Shown: piece after piece, positions 18,022 to 28,002 of the stretch
How positions within the stretch are numbered: the first letter of the stretch is position 1
Layout of the letters: each line of letters begins with the position of its first letter
From: Candidatus Bathyarchaeota archaeon
Lineage (GTDB): Archaea; Thermoproteota; Bathyarchaeia; Bathyarchaeales; DTEX01
Assembly (NCBI GenBank): GCA_018396635.1
Contig: JAGTQE010000002.1
Span: forward strand, 9,615-73,614
Reading direction: 5' to 3'
Length of the DNA: 64,000 bases
Position numbers and translations under genes: made by a program
The notes under the pieces: model-generated
What the model was told of the DNA's origin: nothing
Database searches by the model: none
What the model saw: only the letters and a program-made list of their open reading frames with translations

Positions 18022-18652
18022 GGATAAGATATCTGCAATTGCGGAGAGCCTAATCAGATCTGGGGCTCTCAAGTTTGGAGAATTCATTTTAAGGTCGGGG
18101 ATTACGAGCCCATACTACATTGACTTGGCCTGGCTCCTTTCATCTCCAGAAGACTTTAGGAGAGTCGCATCTATTGTTGCCGGGGAGATCCGAAAAATAA
18201 TTCTTGAGAGAAATATAAGTAAGCTAGCAACAATCGAGCTTAAGGGCGCTTTAATGCTACCCTATATAGCCAGCGTTCTACACATGCCCTGCATAATTGT
18301 TAGGAAGGAGAGCAAAGCTTATGGCTTGGTTGGGAGAATAGATGGCGGGGAGGTTGTTAGGGGTGAACGCTACATATTTTTTGATGACGTGATAACTGAT
18401 GGCAGGTCGAAGATTGAGGGAATAAAGCCTATTGAGGAGATGGGCGGCATAGTCGACACAATAGTAGTTGTTGTGGATAGGGAACAGGGGGGAAGCGAAT
18501 ATCTCACGAAGATGGGCTACAGGGTTAAACCCATAACAACAATCTCAGAAGTAGTGAACAAGCTTCTGGAGAAAAATAGTATCCAGAGGGAGCTCGCCGA
18601 GAGAATAATAAGGTACACGAGAGAGGCGAAAGCTAACCGCGAAATCACTTAA
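17975..18652 (+). CDS. pyrE: Orotate phosphoribosyltransferase-like protein
   Basis: GALKFGEFILRSGITSPYYIDL and the PRPP loop IFFDDVITDGRS. An alternative start is ATG 18002. Either start overlaps the end of the JAMM gene. Confidence 0.7.
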   Translation: MKIIIAGLKMGRGGNRDKISAIAESLIRSGALKFGEFILRSGITSPYYIDLAWLLSSPEDFRRVASIVAGEIRKIILERNISKLATIELKGALMLPYIASVLHMPCIIVRKESKAYGLVGRIDGGEVVRGERYIFFDDVITDGRSKIEGIKPIEEMGGIVDTIVVVVDREQGGSEYLTKMGYRVKPITTISEVVNKLLEKNSIQRELAERIIRYTREAKANREIT

Positions 18653-18772
18653 AGCTGATGGGGTATTAGACAAACTTTAATTAGAAAGGTCTCCAGCCAT
18701 ATAGTACAAAAGAAAAATTTAATAGTCGAAGAATTATCAAGTATTTCTTCATGTTCCGAAGAGTGATGCGGC

Positions 18773-19348
18773 ATGCCCGCCAAGGGATCCTTCTCAGCTA
18801 AATTAAGTAAGATTGGTTTATTTCCACATGATGTTAAGGTTGAGAGGCGGCTTTCAGATTTACGTAAATATTTCTATGATAAGCGTGCCGTTGAGAGTAT
18901 ACTCTCCAGAGGCGAGGATCCGCTGATATACGTTGTTTACGAGATAGGCCGAGAGAGGGAGGGGGAGCTTAATGTGGGCTGCACGATCATTTATCCAGGG
19001 AAGATTGGAGATGAATACTATTTCACTAAGGGGCACTTTCATGTAAAAGAGGCTGGCGAAGTCTATCTTGGGATAAGTGGTGAGGGGTTAATACTTATGC
19101 AGGATAGATATGGTGGAGTATTCACTGAGGAGATAAGGCCTGAAACAATAGTCTACGTTCCACCTGGACTGGCACACCGGTCGGTGAATACTGGTAAGAA
19201 TGAACTCATATTCTTAGCAATATATCCGTCTGATGCAGGGCACGATTACGAGACGGTGGATAGGATTGGCTTTGCGAAGATTGTCGTTGAAAGAGACGGG
19301 AAACCAACGTTAATCGATAACCCAAACTATAGGGGAGAGATTAAGTAA
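18773..19348 (+). CDS. pgiA: Cupin-type glucose-6-phosphate isomerase
   Basis: 191 aa. YYFTKGHFH, VYVPPGLAHRSVNTG and FLAIYPSDAGHDY are close to the Pyrococcus/Thermococcus cupin PGI as I recall it. Confidence 0.85.
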   Translation: MPAKGSFSAKLSKIGLFPHDVKVERRLSDLRKYFYDKRAVESILSRGEDPLIYVVYEIGREREGELNVGCTIIYPGKIGDEYYFTKGHFHVKEAGEVYLGISGEGLILMQDRYGGVFTEEIRPETIVYVPPGLAHRSVNTGKNELIFLAIYPSDAGHDYETVDRIGFAKIVVERDGKPTLIDNPNYRGEIK

Positions 19349-19428
19349 ACCCTCAAGGAATAATTATTCTTGACCTGACGATTATATAACAGATAGCTGT
19401 GTTTAGTGTCAATATTTAGGGGGATATA

Positions 19429-20382
19429 ATGAGGATATTTAACTCCGTTTTAGAGACGATCGGTAACACGCCGCTGATCCGTCTAAACAAGATCGCCGAG
19501 GGCTTAGATTGCACAATTCTAGTTAAACTTGAGTCGCGTAATCCTGGTGGAAGCGTGAAAGATAGGATTTGCTTGAGCATGATATCTGAGGCTGAGCGCC
19601 TTGGCTTAATCAATAGGGATACTGTGATTATAGAGGCGACTAGCGGGAATACTGGAATAGGGTTAGCAATGGTTGCTGCAGTTAAGGGCTATAGGCTGAT
19701 AATAGTTATGCCTGAGAACGTGAGCGTTGAGAGAATAAAGATTCTTAGGGCTTATGGGGCGGAGGTGGTTCTAACACCTAAAGAGGAAGGCATGAGTGGC
19801 GCGGTTAAGAAAGCTGAGGAGCTAGCATCTAAGATACCTAACTCCTTTATGCCAAACCAATTTAAGAATCCAGCTAACCCGAAGGCTCACAGGGAGACAA
19901 CTGGTCCAGAGATATGGCGTGATACTGACGGGAAGGTTGATATATTTGTTGCTGGGGTTGGAACTGGTGGAACAATAACTGGAGTCGCGGAGTATATAAA
20001 GCCCTTAAAGCCAAGTTTCAGAGTTATAGCTGTTGAACCATATAATTCTCCGGTTTTAAGTGGAGGAAAGCCAGGCGACCATATGATTCAAGGTATAGGC
20101 GCTGGCTTCATACCAGACGTACTCAGGCTTGACTTGATAGATGAAGTCGTTAAGGTTAAGGATGAAGATGCGATCAAAACTGCCAGACTCTTAGCCAGAA
20201 AAGAGGGCTTATTGGTTGGCATATCTTCAGGCGCAGCCGTCTACGCAGCCCTAGAGGTTGCTAGGAGACCTGAAAATAAGGGTAAGATGATAGTTACTAT
20301 GCTCCCGGATTCCGGTGAACGTTACTTAAGCACACAAATATTTAGCGAAGAGCCGATAGATTTTTCCGTGTCCACTTATTAA
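19429..20382 (+). CDS. cysK: Cysteine synthase A (O-acetylserine sulfhydrylase)
   Basis: [20 protein letters not shown] (PLP lysine), [21 protein letters not shown]. Confidence 0.9.
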   Translation: MRIFNSVLETIGNTPLIRLNKIAEGLDCTILVKLESRNPGGSVKDRICLSMISEAERLGLINRDTVIIEATSGNTGIGLAMVAAVKGYRLIIVMPENVSVERIKILRAYGAEVVLTPKEEGMSGAVKKAEELASKIPNSFMPNQFKNPANPKAHRETTGPEIWRDTDGKVDIFVAGVGTGGTITGVAEYIKPLKPSFRVIAVEPYNSPVLSGGKPGDHMIQGIGAGFIPDVLRLDLIDEVVKVKDEDAIKTARLLARKEGLLVGISSGAAVYAALEVARRPENKGKMIVTMLPDSGERYLSTQIFSEEPIDFSVSTY

Positions 20383-20430
20383 AATTTTCCTCTTAATGGG
20401 TGAAAATTTACCAGGGCATGGCGATGGCGG

Positions 20431-21510
20431 ATGGATAGTGCTAAAGTTAAGGTGGAAAATGAGTTTCTTGAGAAGGTTGATAAATTGACAAGGGTTTGGG
20501 CTTCTAAGCAGATGCTTGAACTTCTAGAGACGGGTGAGATATACCGCGAAGATAAGTGGCTTGAGGAAGATATGCCAAAGCTGGTCGATAGGATAATCGA
20601 AAGTTATGAGGAGTATGGTGGGGTAAACTGGTCTGGCAGTGAAGATCTTCCATCAAAGCAGGCAGTTATAGAAATCCTAGAAGACCTATTACTTCTAATC
20701 TTCCCAGGATACTTTGGAAACGCTAAGATCGACAGGTTTAACGTGAGATACTTCGTCGGGAATCTTCTTAGCTCAATATACTCTAGGCTTGTGGATGAAG
20801 TTGAGAAGAGTCTCAAATACCTCTCAAGAAAGTTTGGCGTTGCCTCAGAAGAGGCCTGCCGTAAGAGGGCGCAAACAGTTGTGAGAGAGGTTCTTGAGAA
20901 GATCCCTGAAATTAGGGCTATGCTCTATGGAGATATACAGGCAGCCTATGATGGGGATCCGGCTGCTAAGAGCACCGACGAAGTTATATTGAGCTATCCA
21001 TGCATTCTAGCTATCGCAACATATAGGATTGCACATGAGCTTTACATCAGGGGCGTGCCACTAATACCACGAATAATGACCGAGTACGCGCACTCGAAGA
21101 CTGGCATAGATATTCATCCAGGAGCGAAGATTGGGAAAAACTTCTTTATAGACCATGGAACTGGCGTAGTTATCGGTGAGACAACAGAGATAGGCGATAA
21201 CGTTAAGATCTATCAGGGCGTTACTCTTGGAGCGTTAAGCTTTCCGAGGGATGAGAGAGGCAAGATAATTAAAGGCCTAAAGAGGCACCCGACTGTCGGA
21301 AATAATGTTGTGATATATTCTGGCGCGACAATTCTTGGCGGTGAAACCGTTATAGGCGACGACGCGGTTATAGGTGGAAACGCCTGGATAACATCGTCAG
21401 TCCCCCCAAGAACAAAGGTGGTTATTGCTCCACCAAACCTATATTATGAGAATAGTGTTGAAGAGAAGAATCAGCCAAGGCCAACAGATGATAGTGTATT
21501 GGAGAAATAG
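20431..21510 (+). CDS. cysE: Serine O-acetyltransferase, long N-terminal form
   Basis: Hexapeptide-repeat region [37 protein letters not shown]. It lies directly downstream of cysK. Confidence 0.8.
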   Translation: MDSAKVKVENEFLEKVDKLTRVWASKQMLELLETGEIYREDKWLEEDMPKLVDRIIESYEEYGGVNWSGSEDLPSKQAVIEILEDLLLLIFPGYFGNAKIDRFNVRYFVGNLLSSIYSRLVDEVEKSLKYLSRKFGVASEEACRKRAQTVVREVLEKIPEIRAMLYGDIQAAYDGDPAAKSTDEVILSYPCILAIATYRIAHELYIRGVPLIPRIMTEYAHSKTGIDIHPGAKIGKNFFIDHGTGVVIGETTEIGDNVKIYQGVTLGALSFPRDERGKIIKGLKRHPTVGNNVVIYSGATILGGETVIGDDAVIGGNAWITSSVPPRTKVVIAPPNLYYENSVEEKNQPRPTDDSVLEK

Positions 21511-21643
21511 AGCGTTAAATTTCGTAAAAGGCGCTATTTATCTATGATTTGTTTAAAATCGCCTTTCCAGAGCGTTGCGCTTAAACAAAAACCTTTATCT
21601 TTATCCTTACATGTTCTTCCTATAGCGCCGGAGGACGAGGAAG

Positions 21644-22636
21644 GTGCTTGAAAGTTTCTTTGAGGGTCTAGGGTTAATCGGTAATGCAATAACACTGCTA
21701 ATTGGAATGATGATTTTAGACAAGTCAAGTGATCTGGCAATAGATAATTCAGTTAAAGTTGCCGAAATAACCGGGCTTGGGAAAACAACAATAGGCTTTC
21801 TGCTTATTGCTTTTTCTACATCGCTACCAGAACTCTCGGTCTCAATATTCTCAGCTATAAATCCGGAGACTCTTGGTGTTGCAATAGGAAATGTTTTAGG
21901 CTCAAACATCGTAAACGTCTGCTTAATCTTAGGACTATGCTTCTTAATATTATCATTTAAGAACCGAAGCGGAACATATTATTTCAGTAATAGAGCAAGT
22001 GAAGAGGTAAGAGATTTATATTTTGGGCTTTTTATAGCATCATTAATCCCCGCAGCTTTAATTTATATTGGCTATGCAAGCAGAATTATAGGGGTAGTAT
22101 TGGTAACAATATTCATATTTTATAATATTCAAATTATAAGGTTTAAGAGAGGTAGAGAAGCATATAATATAAGTAAAAAAGGTAAGGCTGCTAAATACAT
22201 TCTATTAGCACTTATAGGGGTGGCTGGAGTGATTGCCAGCGCGTACTTCATAGTTGAATCTGCCTCTTATATCGCTGAGGAGCTAAGTGTTCCAAGAGTT
22301 GTAATTGGTGCAACAATTATAGCTTTTGGTACAAGCCTACCAGAGCTTGTTACTAGCATTAACGCAACAAGAAAGGGGCATATTGAGTTAGCGCTAGGCA
22401 ATATTATTGGCAGCGGTTTTGTGAACATAACGTTGATTTTAGGTGTAGCATTAATCGGCGGTTCTTTCCGTGTTAATATGGCCGCATACTCAAGCCTTGT
22501 TATGTTCTCAATAATGGCTAATCTTCTACTCTGGTATTTCCTCTCAGGGGAAAAAATAGGCTGGAGAGAAAGTGCTATTCTGCTTTTCATGTATGCCCTG
22601 TTTATTTTTACGAGCTTCGGTGCGCAGCAATCTTAA
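21644..22636 (+). CDS. Ca2+/cation antiporter (CaCA family, YrbG-like)
   Basis: Polytopic protein with two alpha-repeats: GTSLPELSVS..GNVLGSNIVNV and GTSLPELVTS..GNIIGSGFVNI. Confidence 0.85.
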   Translation: MLESFFEGLGLIGNAITLLIGMMILDKSSDLAIDNSVKVAEITGLGKTTIGFLLIAFSTSLPELSVSIFSAINPETLGVAIGNVLGSNIVNVCLILGLCFLILSFKNRSGTYYFSNRASEEVRDLYFGLFIASLIPAALIYIGYASRIIGVVLVTIFIFYNIQIIRFKRGREAYNISKKGKAAKYILLALIGVAGVIASAYFIVESASYIAEELSVPRVVIGATIIAFGTSLPELVTSINATRKGHIELALGNIIGSGFVNITLILGVALIGGSFRVNMAAYSSLVMFSIMANLLLWYFLSGEKIGWRESAILLFMYALFIFTSFGAQQS

Positions 22637-22780
22637 AAGGATCCTCCTCATGAAAAAGGTTATAGGTTAGTTTTCTCACAATTATGTAGCCTCATATAAG
22701 CGTGAGGTTGCCAGTATACAGAAAAATATAAGGATGTGTCAGAAGGATACTTACATGCTTAGAGTGGTGAAGGTTTAGGT

Positions 22781-25000
22781 ATGGGGCGCTATAAGCAGAT
22801 TGAGGAAATAGTCAAGCTAATGAACAACCTTGAAAACATCAGAAATACTAGCATAATAGCTCATGTAGATCACGGCAAGACGACGCTTTCAGACAGCCTA
22901 TTGGCCGCCGCTGGAATAATAAGCATGGAAGTTGCTGGACAGAGACTATTCCTAGACTCCTGGGAGCTTGAACAGAAAAGGCAGATGACAGTTTTCCCAT
23001 CAAACATAAGCCTAGTCCACACCTACAAAGGAAAGGAGTACCTCATAAACCTGATTGACACACCGGGGCACATAGACTTCAGCGGGGCCGTTACAAGGAG
23101 CCTAAGGGCTGTTGATGGGGCGCTTGTCGTAGTAGACGCTGTTGAGGGTCCGATGACGCAGACCGAAACAGTTTTAATGCAGGCCCTGCGTGAGAGGGTT
23201 AAACCAATCCTCTATATAAATAAGGTTGATAGGTTGATTAAAGAGCTGAAGCTGACGCCGCAGGAGATGCAGCAGAGGTTCGCTAAGATAATACTCAGGA
23301 TAAACCAGCTGATCGAGAAGTATGCTCCACCCGAACATAAGAAGGATTGGCAGGTTAAGGTTGAGAATGGCACGGTTGCGTTTGGCTCAGCATTGCATAA
23401 ATGGGGCTTCACACTGCCATACATGAAAGCTAAGGGCATAACATTCAAAGACGTTATTGAGGCGTACACAGGAACACCCGAGGAGGTTGCGAAGAAGGTT
23501 GAGGCGTTAAGCAAGATAGTCCCACTTTATGAGCCTATACTGGACATGTTCTGCGAGCACCTACCGAACCCAATAGAGGCCCAGCCATATAGGCAGACGC
23601 AGATATGGCCTGGGGATCCTAAGAGCGCTGTTGGTTTGAGTATGGCTAGAGTTGATCCGAACGGCCCATTACTGATGTGTGTAACGGCAGTTGAGGTTGA
23701 CCCTCACAGCGGCATCATTGCGATAGGGCGGGTCTTCAGTGGGTCAGTTGAGAGAGGAAAACCCATCCGATTAGTTGCCAGTAAACAAAAGGCGACAATC
23801 CAACAGGTTTACATGTATATGGCTACTGATAAAGTTATTGTTGAGAGGATTCCAGCTGGAAATATTGCGGCGATTTCAGGTTTACCCCCACTACAGGTTG
23901 GCGAGACTATAGCTGATGATGGCGTAGATACGCCGCCATTCGAAAGCCTAAAGTATGTTTCTGAACCAGTTGTTACCGTGGCTATTGAGCCGGCTGACGT
24001 TAGGGATCTGCCATTATTTGATAAAGTTGTGCGCAAACTCACTCTGGAAGATCCAACGTTACGCTTCACAATAAATAAGGAGACGGGTGAGTATCTTTTA
24101 AGCGGGATGGGTGAGCTACACCTTGAGGTTACAGCCTATCGTATGCATGAGGCTGGCTTAAAGGTTAAAATGAGTAAGCCAATAGTAATATACCGTGAAA
24201 CGATCAGCCGCAACTATACTGGCCCTCCGATAATGGGTAAGAGCCCGAATAAACACAATAGGCTCTGGGTTACAATAGAGAGGCTACCGGAGGAGGTTAT
24301 TGAAGCCATAAGAACTGGCAGAATCTCTGAGATGCAGAAGCGTGATGAGAGACAGAAGATCCTTATGCATGAATTCGGCTGGCCAGCTGAGGATGCTAGG
24401 AACGTTATAGCGATTGAGGGAACAAATGTTCTAGTTAACAGAATTAAGGGCAGGCAGTTCGTTGAAGAAGTAATAGAGCATGTTAAGGCAGGCTTCAGGG
24501 ATGCCGTTAATGCGATGCCATTAACCAAGGAGCCCGCTTACGGTCTCAAAATCAACCTTGAGGATATTCTGATACATGAGGATCCAGTTCATAGAGGGCC
24601 GGCGCAGATAATGCCAATGACGTGGCGTCCAATTTGGGGATGCTTCCTTCTCTGTGAGCCTAAGATTCTAGAGCCCATATTAAGCTTTGAGTGTAAGGTT
24701 CCAGGCGACTTTGTAAGCCATGTGATAGCGATAGTTCAGAAGAGGCGTGGTAAGCTCCTAGATCTGATAACAGAAGAGGACATGATGATAGTTAAGGCAG
24801 AAATACCAGTTGCAGAATCATTCGGCTTAGCTGAGGAGCTCCGCTCCTCAACGCAGGGAAGAGCCTTCTGGGCTACACAGTTCAGCAGATGGGCCCCGGT
24901 GCCAGACTCGCTGCAAGCTGAGGTAATAAGGCAGATACGCGAGAGGAAAGGTCTAAGCCCAACGCTGCCGAAGGCAGAAGAATTCTATGATGTAGAGTAA
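22781..25000 (+). CDS. fusA: Translation elongation factor aEF-2
   Basis: 739 aa. IAHVDHGKTTLSD, DTPGHIDF, NKVDR, and a C-terminal diphthamide-region HRGPAQ motif. Confidence 0.95.
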   Translation: MGRYKQIEEIVKLMNNLENIRNTSIIAHVDHGKTTLSDSLLAAAGIISMEVAGQRLFLDSWELEQKRQMTVFPSNISLVHTYKGKEYLINLIDTPGHIDFSGAVTRSLRAVDGALVVVDAVEGPMTQTETVLMQALRERVKPILYINKVDRLIKELKLTPQEMQQRFAKIILRINQLIEKYAPPEHKKDWQVKVENGTVAFGSALHKWGFTLPYMKAKGITFKDVIEAYTGTPEEVAKKVEALSKIVPLYEPILDMFCEHLPNPIEAQPYRQTQIWPGDPKSAVGLSMARVDPNGPLLMCVTAVEVDPHSGIIAIGRVFSGSVERGKPIRLVASKQKATIQQVYMYMATDKVIVERIPAGNIAAISGLPPLQVGETIADDGVDTPPFESLKYVSEPVVTVAIEPADVRDLPLFDKVVRKLTLEDPTLRFTINKETGEYLLSGMGELHLEVTAYRMHEAGLKVKMSKPIVIYRETISRNYTGPPIMGKSPNKHNRLWVTIERLPEEVIEAIRTGRISEMQKRDERQKILMHEFGWPAEDARNVIAIEGTNVLVNRIKGRQFVEEVIEHVKAGFRDAVNAMPLTKEPAYGLKINLEDILIHEDPVHRGPAQIMPMTWRPIWGCFLLCEPKILEPILSFECKVPGDFVSHVIAIVQKRRGKLLDLITEEDMMIVKAEIPVAESFGLAEELRSSTQGRAFWATQFSRWAPVPDSLQAEVIRQIRERKGLSPTLPKAEEFYDVE

Positions 25001-25045
25001 TATTTAAAAGCATCATCTCACTTTTAAAACCTGAGCTGAGGAGCT

Positions 25046-25441
25046 ATGCCAAAAGAGTTCAGGTATAGGGGCTTTACATTTAAAGAGATACTGGACATGT
25101 CCATGGACGACTTCATACAACTACTTAGCGCGCGTGCTCGAAGAAGCCTTAAGCGTGGCTTATATTATGAGCAGAGGAGGCTTCTTGAGAAGATCCGCGC
25201 GGCTAAAGAGGGAACGTATACTAAGCCGATTAAAACTCACTGCAGGGATATAATAATACTGCCTGAGATGGTTGGCTTAACAATACATGTCCACAACGGT
25301 AAGGAGTTTGTTCCAGTAGAGATAAAGCCTGAGATGATAGGGCGCTATCTAGGCGAATTTGCGATAACAAACAAGCCGGTTAAGCATGGTACTCCAGGTA
25401 TAGGCGCTAGTAGAAGCAGCATGTACGTTCCACTTAAATAG
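25046..25441 (+). CDS. rps19: 30S ribosomal protein uS19
   Basis: 131 aa. [59 protein letters not shown]. Confidence 0.9.
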   Translation: MPKEFRYRGFTFKEILDMSMDDFIQLLSARARRSLKRGLYYEQRRLLEKIRAAKEGTYTKPIKTHCRDIIILPEMVGLTIHVHNGKEFVPVEIKPEMIGRYLGEFAITNKPVKHGTPGIGASRSSMYVPLK

Positions 25442-25958
25442 ACATTGCCCAGATCAAGGGCTCTACATCGTCTCTGGCGAGCATTATTTATTGATGGTGT
25501 CTCTTAAGCTGAGAAGATGTTTTTCATTTAGGCATTGCTTTTTCCCTCCTGTGGATTGTAAATTCCACTATATTTTTCTCCAGCTCGCTCTGTGATCCTA
25601 TAATTCCCTACGTGGTTAGAGAGCTCTTCGTTGAGGAATCAGTTGTTACGCTTGTCCTTTTAAGCTCAGCCTCTAATTTAGTTAAAGCAGCTGCGAATAT
25701 TCCAGGCTCTACTTAGGGATAAAGCTGATAGAGGCACAATTATTCTCTCGGCATCGCTTCTCATGCCATCTCATTTCCTATTTCTCATCCTTGCCAGAGA
25801 TTTACTGCGGATTCAATTCCCAATGAAGTTAGGGGATATCATTTACAATCTTTAACTTAATCTTGAATTATATCTCATTAAAATGAGATTAGAGGCAAGT
25901 TAAGGGGAGCGATAGCGGGTTTGAGAAGAGAACAAATTAGCCTTTAAAGAGCCTTAAG

Positions 25959-27926
25959 CTACATTCTCTGGGGGGCTTCTATGCCCATCAAGAATAATGC
26001 GTTTCTGAGAGTTATCCTTGTGGCGTTAACAAGCATTAACCTTGCGTTGCTGAGTTCAGGCGGCTCAGCCTTAATTACTGGCAGGGAGGCGTAAAATGCA
26101 TTAAACTTATCTGCTAGAGAGTTTGCGAAGTCGGCTATGATATTTGGCCTTAAGTTATCTGCCGCCTCCATGAAGATCTCTGGAAAGCGTGCTATCAGTA
26201 GGATAATCTCATGCTCTATGGGCTCTTTAAGAAGGGAGAAGTCTGCTTCCTCAATTCGCCGTGGCGCCCTCCTCAAAATGCTGCATGCCCTCGCATGAGA
26301 ATACTGTATGTAGGGTCCGCTGTTCCTCTCGAAGTTTATGACCTTATCCCACGTGAAAACTATTGGTTTAAGCGGGTCTGTTTCTATAAGCGCATATTTG
26401 ACTGCGCCTATACCGACAAATTCAGAGATCTTCCTCTTCTCCTCCTCAGTTAAATCTGCTGAGCGCTTATTAATCTCTTCATAGGCCCTTGAGACAGCCT
26501 CATCCATCGCCTCATCCAGGGTTATATAGCGCCCCCTTCTGCCAGATATTCTCTGTCCGGGAAAGTTAACGAGGTTGTAGGCAAAGTGTATAAGCCTCTC
26601 CGCCTTGCCCGAATATCCCAGAGCATATAAGGCTAGCTTTAACTGTATCTGGGCTAGCCTTTGCTCAATACCTATAACGTTTATAACTCTGTCAGCATTT
26701 TCAAGCTTCCAGATGCTGTATGCAATATCCCTAGTGGTGTATAATGTTGTGCCATCTGATCTACCTAACGTTAACGATGGGATCTCGTAATTCTTCTTCA
26801 TTCCAAGAGCTTCTTTAAGCCCAAAATCTCTAGCCACGCTTTCAGCATCAAACTCGAAAACATCGCCACTGCGAAAGACATAGGGCGTCTTCTTCAGAGC
26901 GTTGAGACATCTCGCTACATCACCGCTCCATATAAAATCGCTCTCCCAATCCCAAGAGTCAAAGGTTATGCCAGCTCTTTCCAATGTCTGCTTAAACCCT
27001 TCTAGACATAAGGAGGACACCTCTCGAATTAACTCCTTCGCCTCGCTATCCCCTTCCTCGTAATTCCTCATTAATAAATTGACCTCAGATTCTGGGTCCG
27101 CTACTTTCTCAAAGGCCTCTAAAAGGCTGCTGAATATATCTGGGAATTTCTCTTGAAGTTCTACTGCCACAGCAACCCAGTCATCTAAGATGTTCCTAAT
27201 TCTTTGGGCCTCATCATGACTAAGCTCATCCTTACTCCTCTCCAAAAGCTTCTTCAATCTCCTAATCTCAAGGAGACAATTTGTGACCGCGTATATGGCT
27301 CCTATAAAGTGATCCGGCTTGCTTGAGGGCTTGGGCCTCCCAAGAAGCTTATACCCATAGGCAACTATAGCGGATTGGCGTCCAACATCATCAACATAAT
27401 AGTGGACTGAGACTGAGTGACCCCTAGCCTTTAGGATGCGCGCTATAGAGTCTCCTAGGAAGGTATTTCTGGCGGATCCAACGTGTATTGGGTGAATTGG
27501 GTTGACGCTGGTGTGCTCAACGATTATCTTCTCTGGCTTCTCAGTCTTGACATAACCGTACTCCTTATCCAATGCTATAGCTGATTCAATGGTTAGTGAC
27601 GAGAGTCTCTCAAAGTTTGCATGAAAGTTCACGTATCCTTGCCCAGCAGCCTCGATAGACTCGAGTAGAGGGAAAAATCCTAGTTCACTCTTAGATATGG
27701 CCTCAATCTCCCTAGCTAATTCTAGTGGAGGCTTCGACAAATACTTAGATGCCTCGAAGCATATCAATGATGTTAGCTCACCGAACTGGGGGTTTGGTGG
27801 TATCTCAAGCGCAACCTTATAAGTCATCAGATCCGGTGATATCTTTTCAAGAACCCTGAGCAGTAGGTCTCTGCACTCCCTTCTAAATTCGCCAAAGGGG
27901 TTCTCTGAAACTCTCCTCTCCATCAA
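25959..27926 (-). CDS. argS: Arginine--tRNA ligase
   Basis: 655 aa. HTSVNPIHPIHVGSARN (HIGH region), a DALR anticodon-binding C-terminus, and a terminal ...GIEAPQRM. Confidence 0.9.
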   Translation of the reverse strand: MMERRVSENPFGEFRRECRDLLLRVLEKISPDLMTYKVALEIPPNPQFGELTSLICFEASKYLSKPPLELAREIEAISKSELGFFPLLESIEAAGQGYVNFHANFERLSSLTIESAIALDKEYGYVKTEKPEKIIVEHTSVNPIHPIHVGSARNTFLGDSIARILKARGHSVSVHYYVDDVGRQSAIVAYGYKLLGRPKPSSKPDHFIGAIYAVTNCLLEIRRLKKLLERSKDELSHDEAQRIRNILDDWVAVAVELQEKFPDIFSSLLEAFEKVADPESEVNLLMRNYEEGDSEAKELIREVSSLCLEGFKQTLERAGITFDSWDWESDFIWSGDVARCLNALKKTPYVFRSGDVFEFDAESVARDFGLKEALGMKKNYEIPSLTLGRSDGTTLYTTRDIAYSIWKLENADRVINVIGIEQRLAQIQLKLALYALGYSGKAERLIHFAYNLVNFPGQRISGRRGRYITLDEAMDEAVSRAYEEINKRSADLTEEEKRKISEFVGIGAVKYALIETDPLKPIVFTWDKVINFERNSGPYIQYSHARACSILRRAPRRIEEADFSLLKEPIEHEIILLIARFPEIFMEAADNLRPNIIADFANSLADKFNAFYASLPVIKAEPPELSNARLMLVNATRITLRNALFLMGIEAPQRM

Positions 27927-28002
27927 ATCTCTGCACCGCTAACAGTAAATTATTTCTCTATCCTATAAAGCCTATGATTTATAGATTAAGGAAGCCAACG
28001 AT

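Noticed and set aside
22700-22720. CCTCA-N8-TGAGG hairpin upstream of fusA as a regulatory element
   Set aside because: It has only a 5-6 bp stem in an AT-rich promoter region. That is within chance expectation, and there is no supporting context.
25488-25540. Possible C/D-box sRNA (TGATGG ... CTGA)
   Set aside because: Only an imperfect C box and one CTGA were found. There is no C'/D pair at appropriate spacing and no terminal stem.
25545-25575. Replication-origin (ORB-like) interpretation of TCCACAGGAGGGA (minus strand) and the GTGGA/TCCAC dyad
   Set aside because: The resemblance to archaeal origin recognition boxes is a roughly 9-nt match recalled from memory. No orc1/cdc6 gene lies adjacent, there is no long AT-rich unwinding element, and there are no inverted full-length ORB pairs. 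It is kept only as something to test, not as a call.
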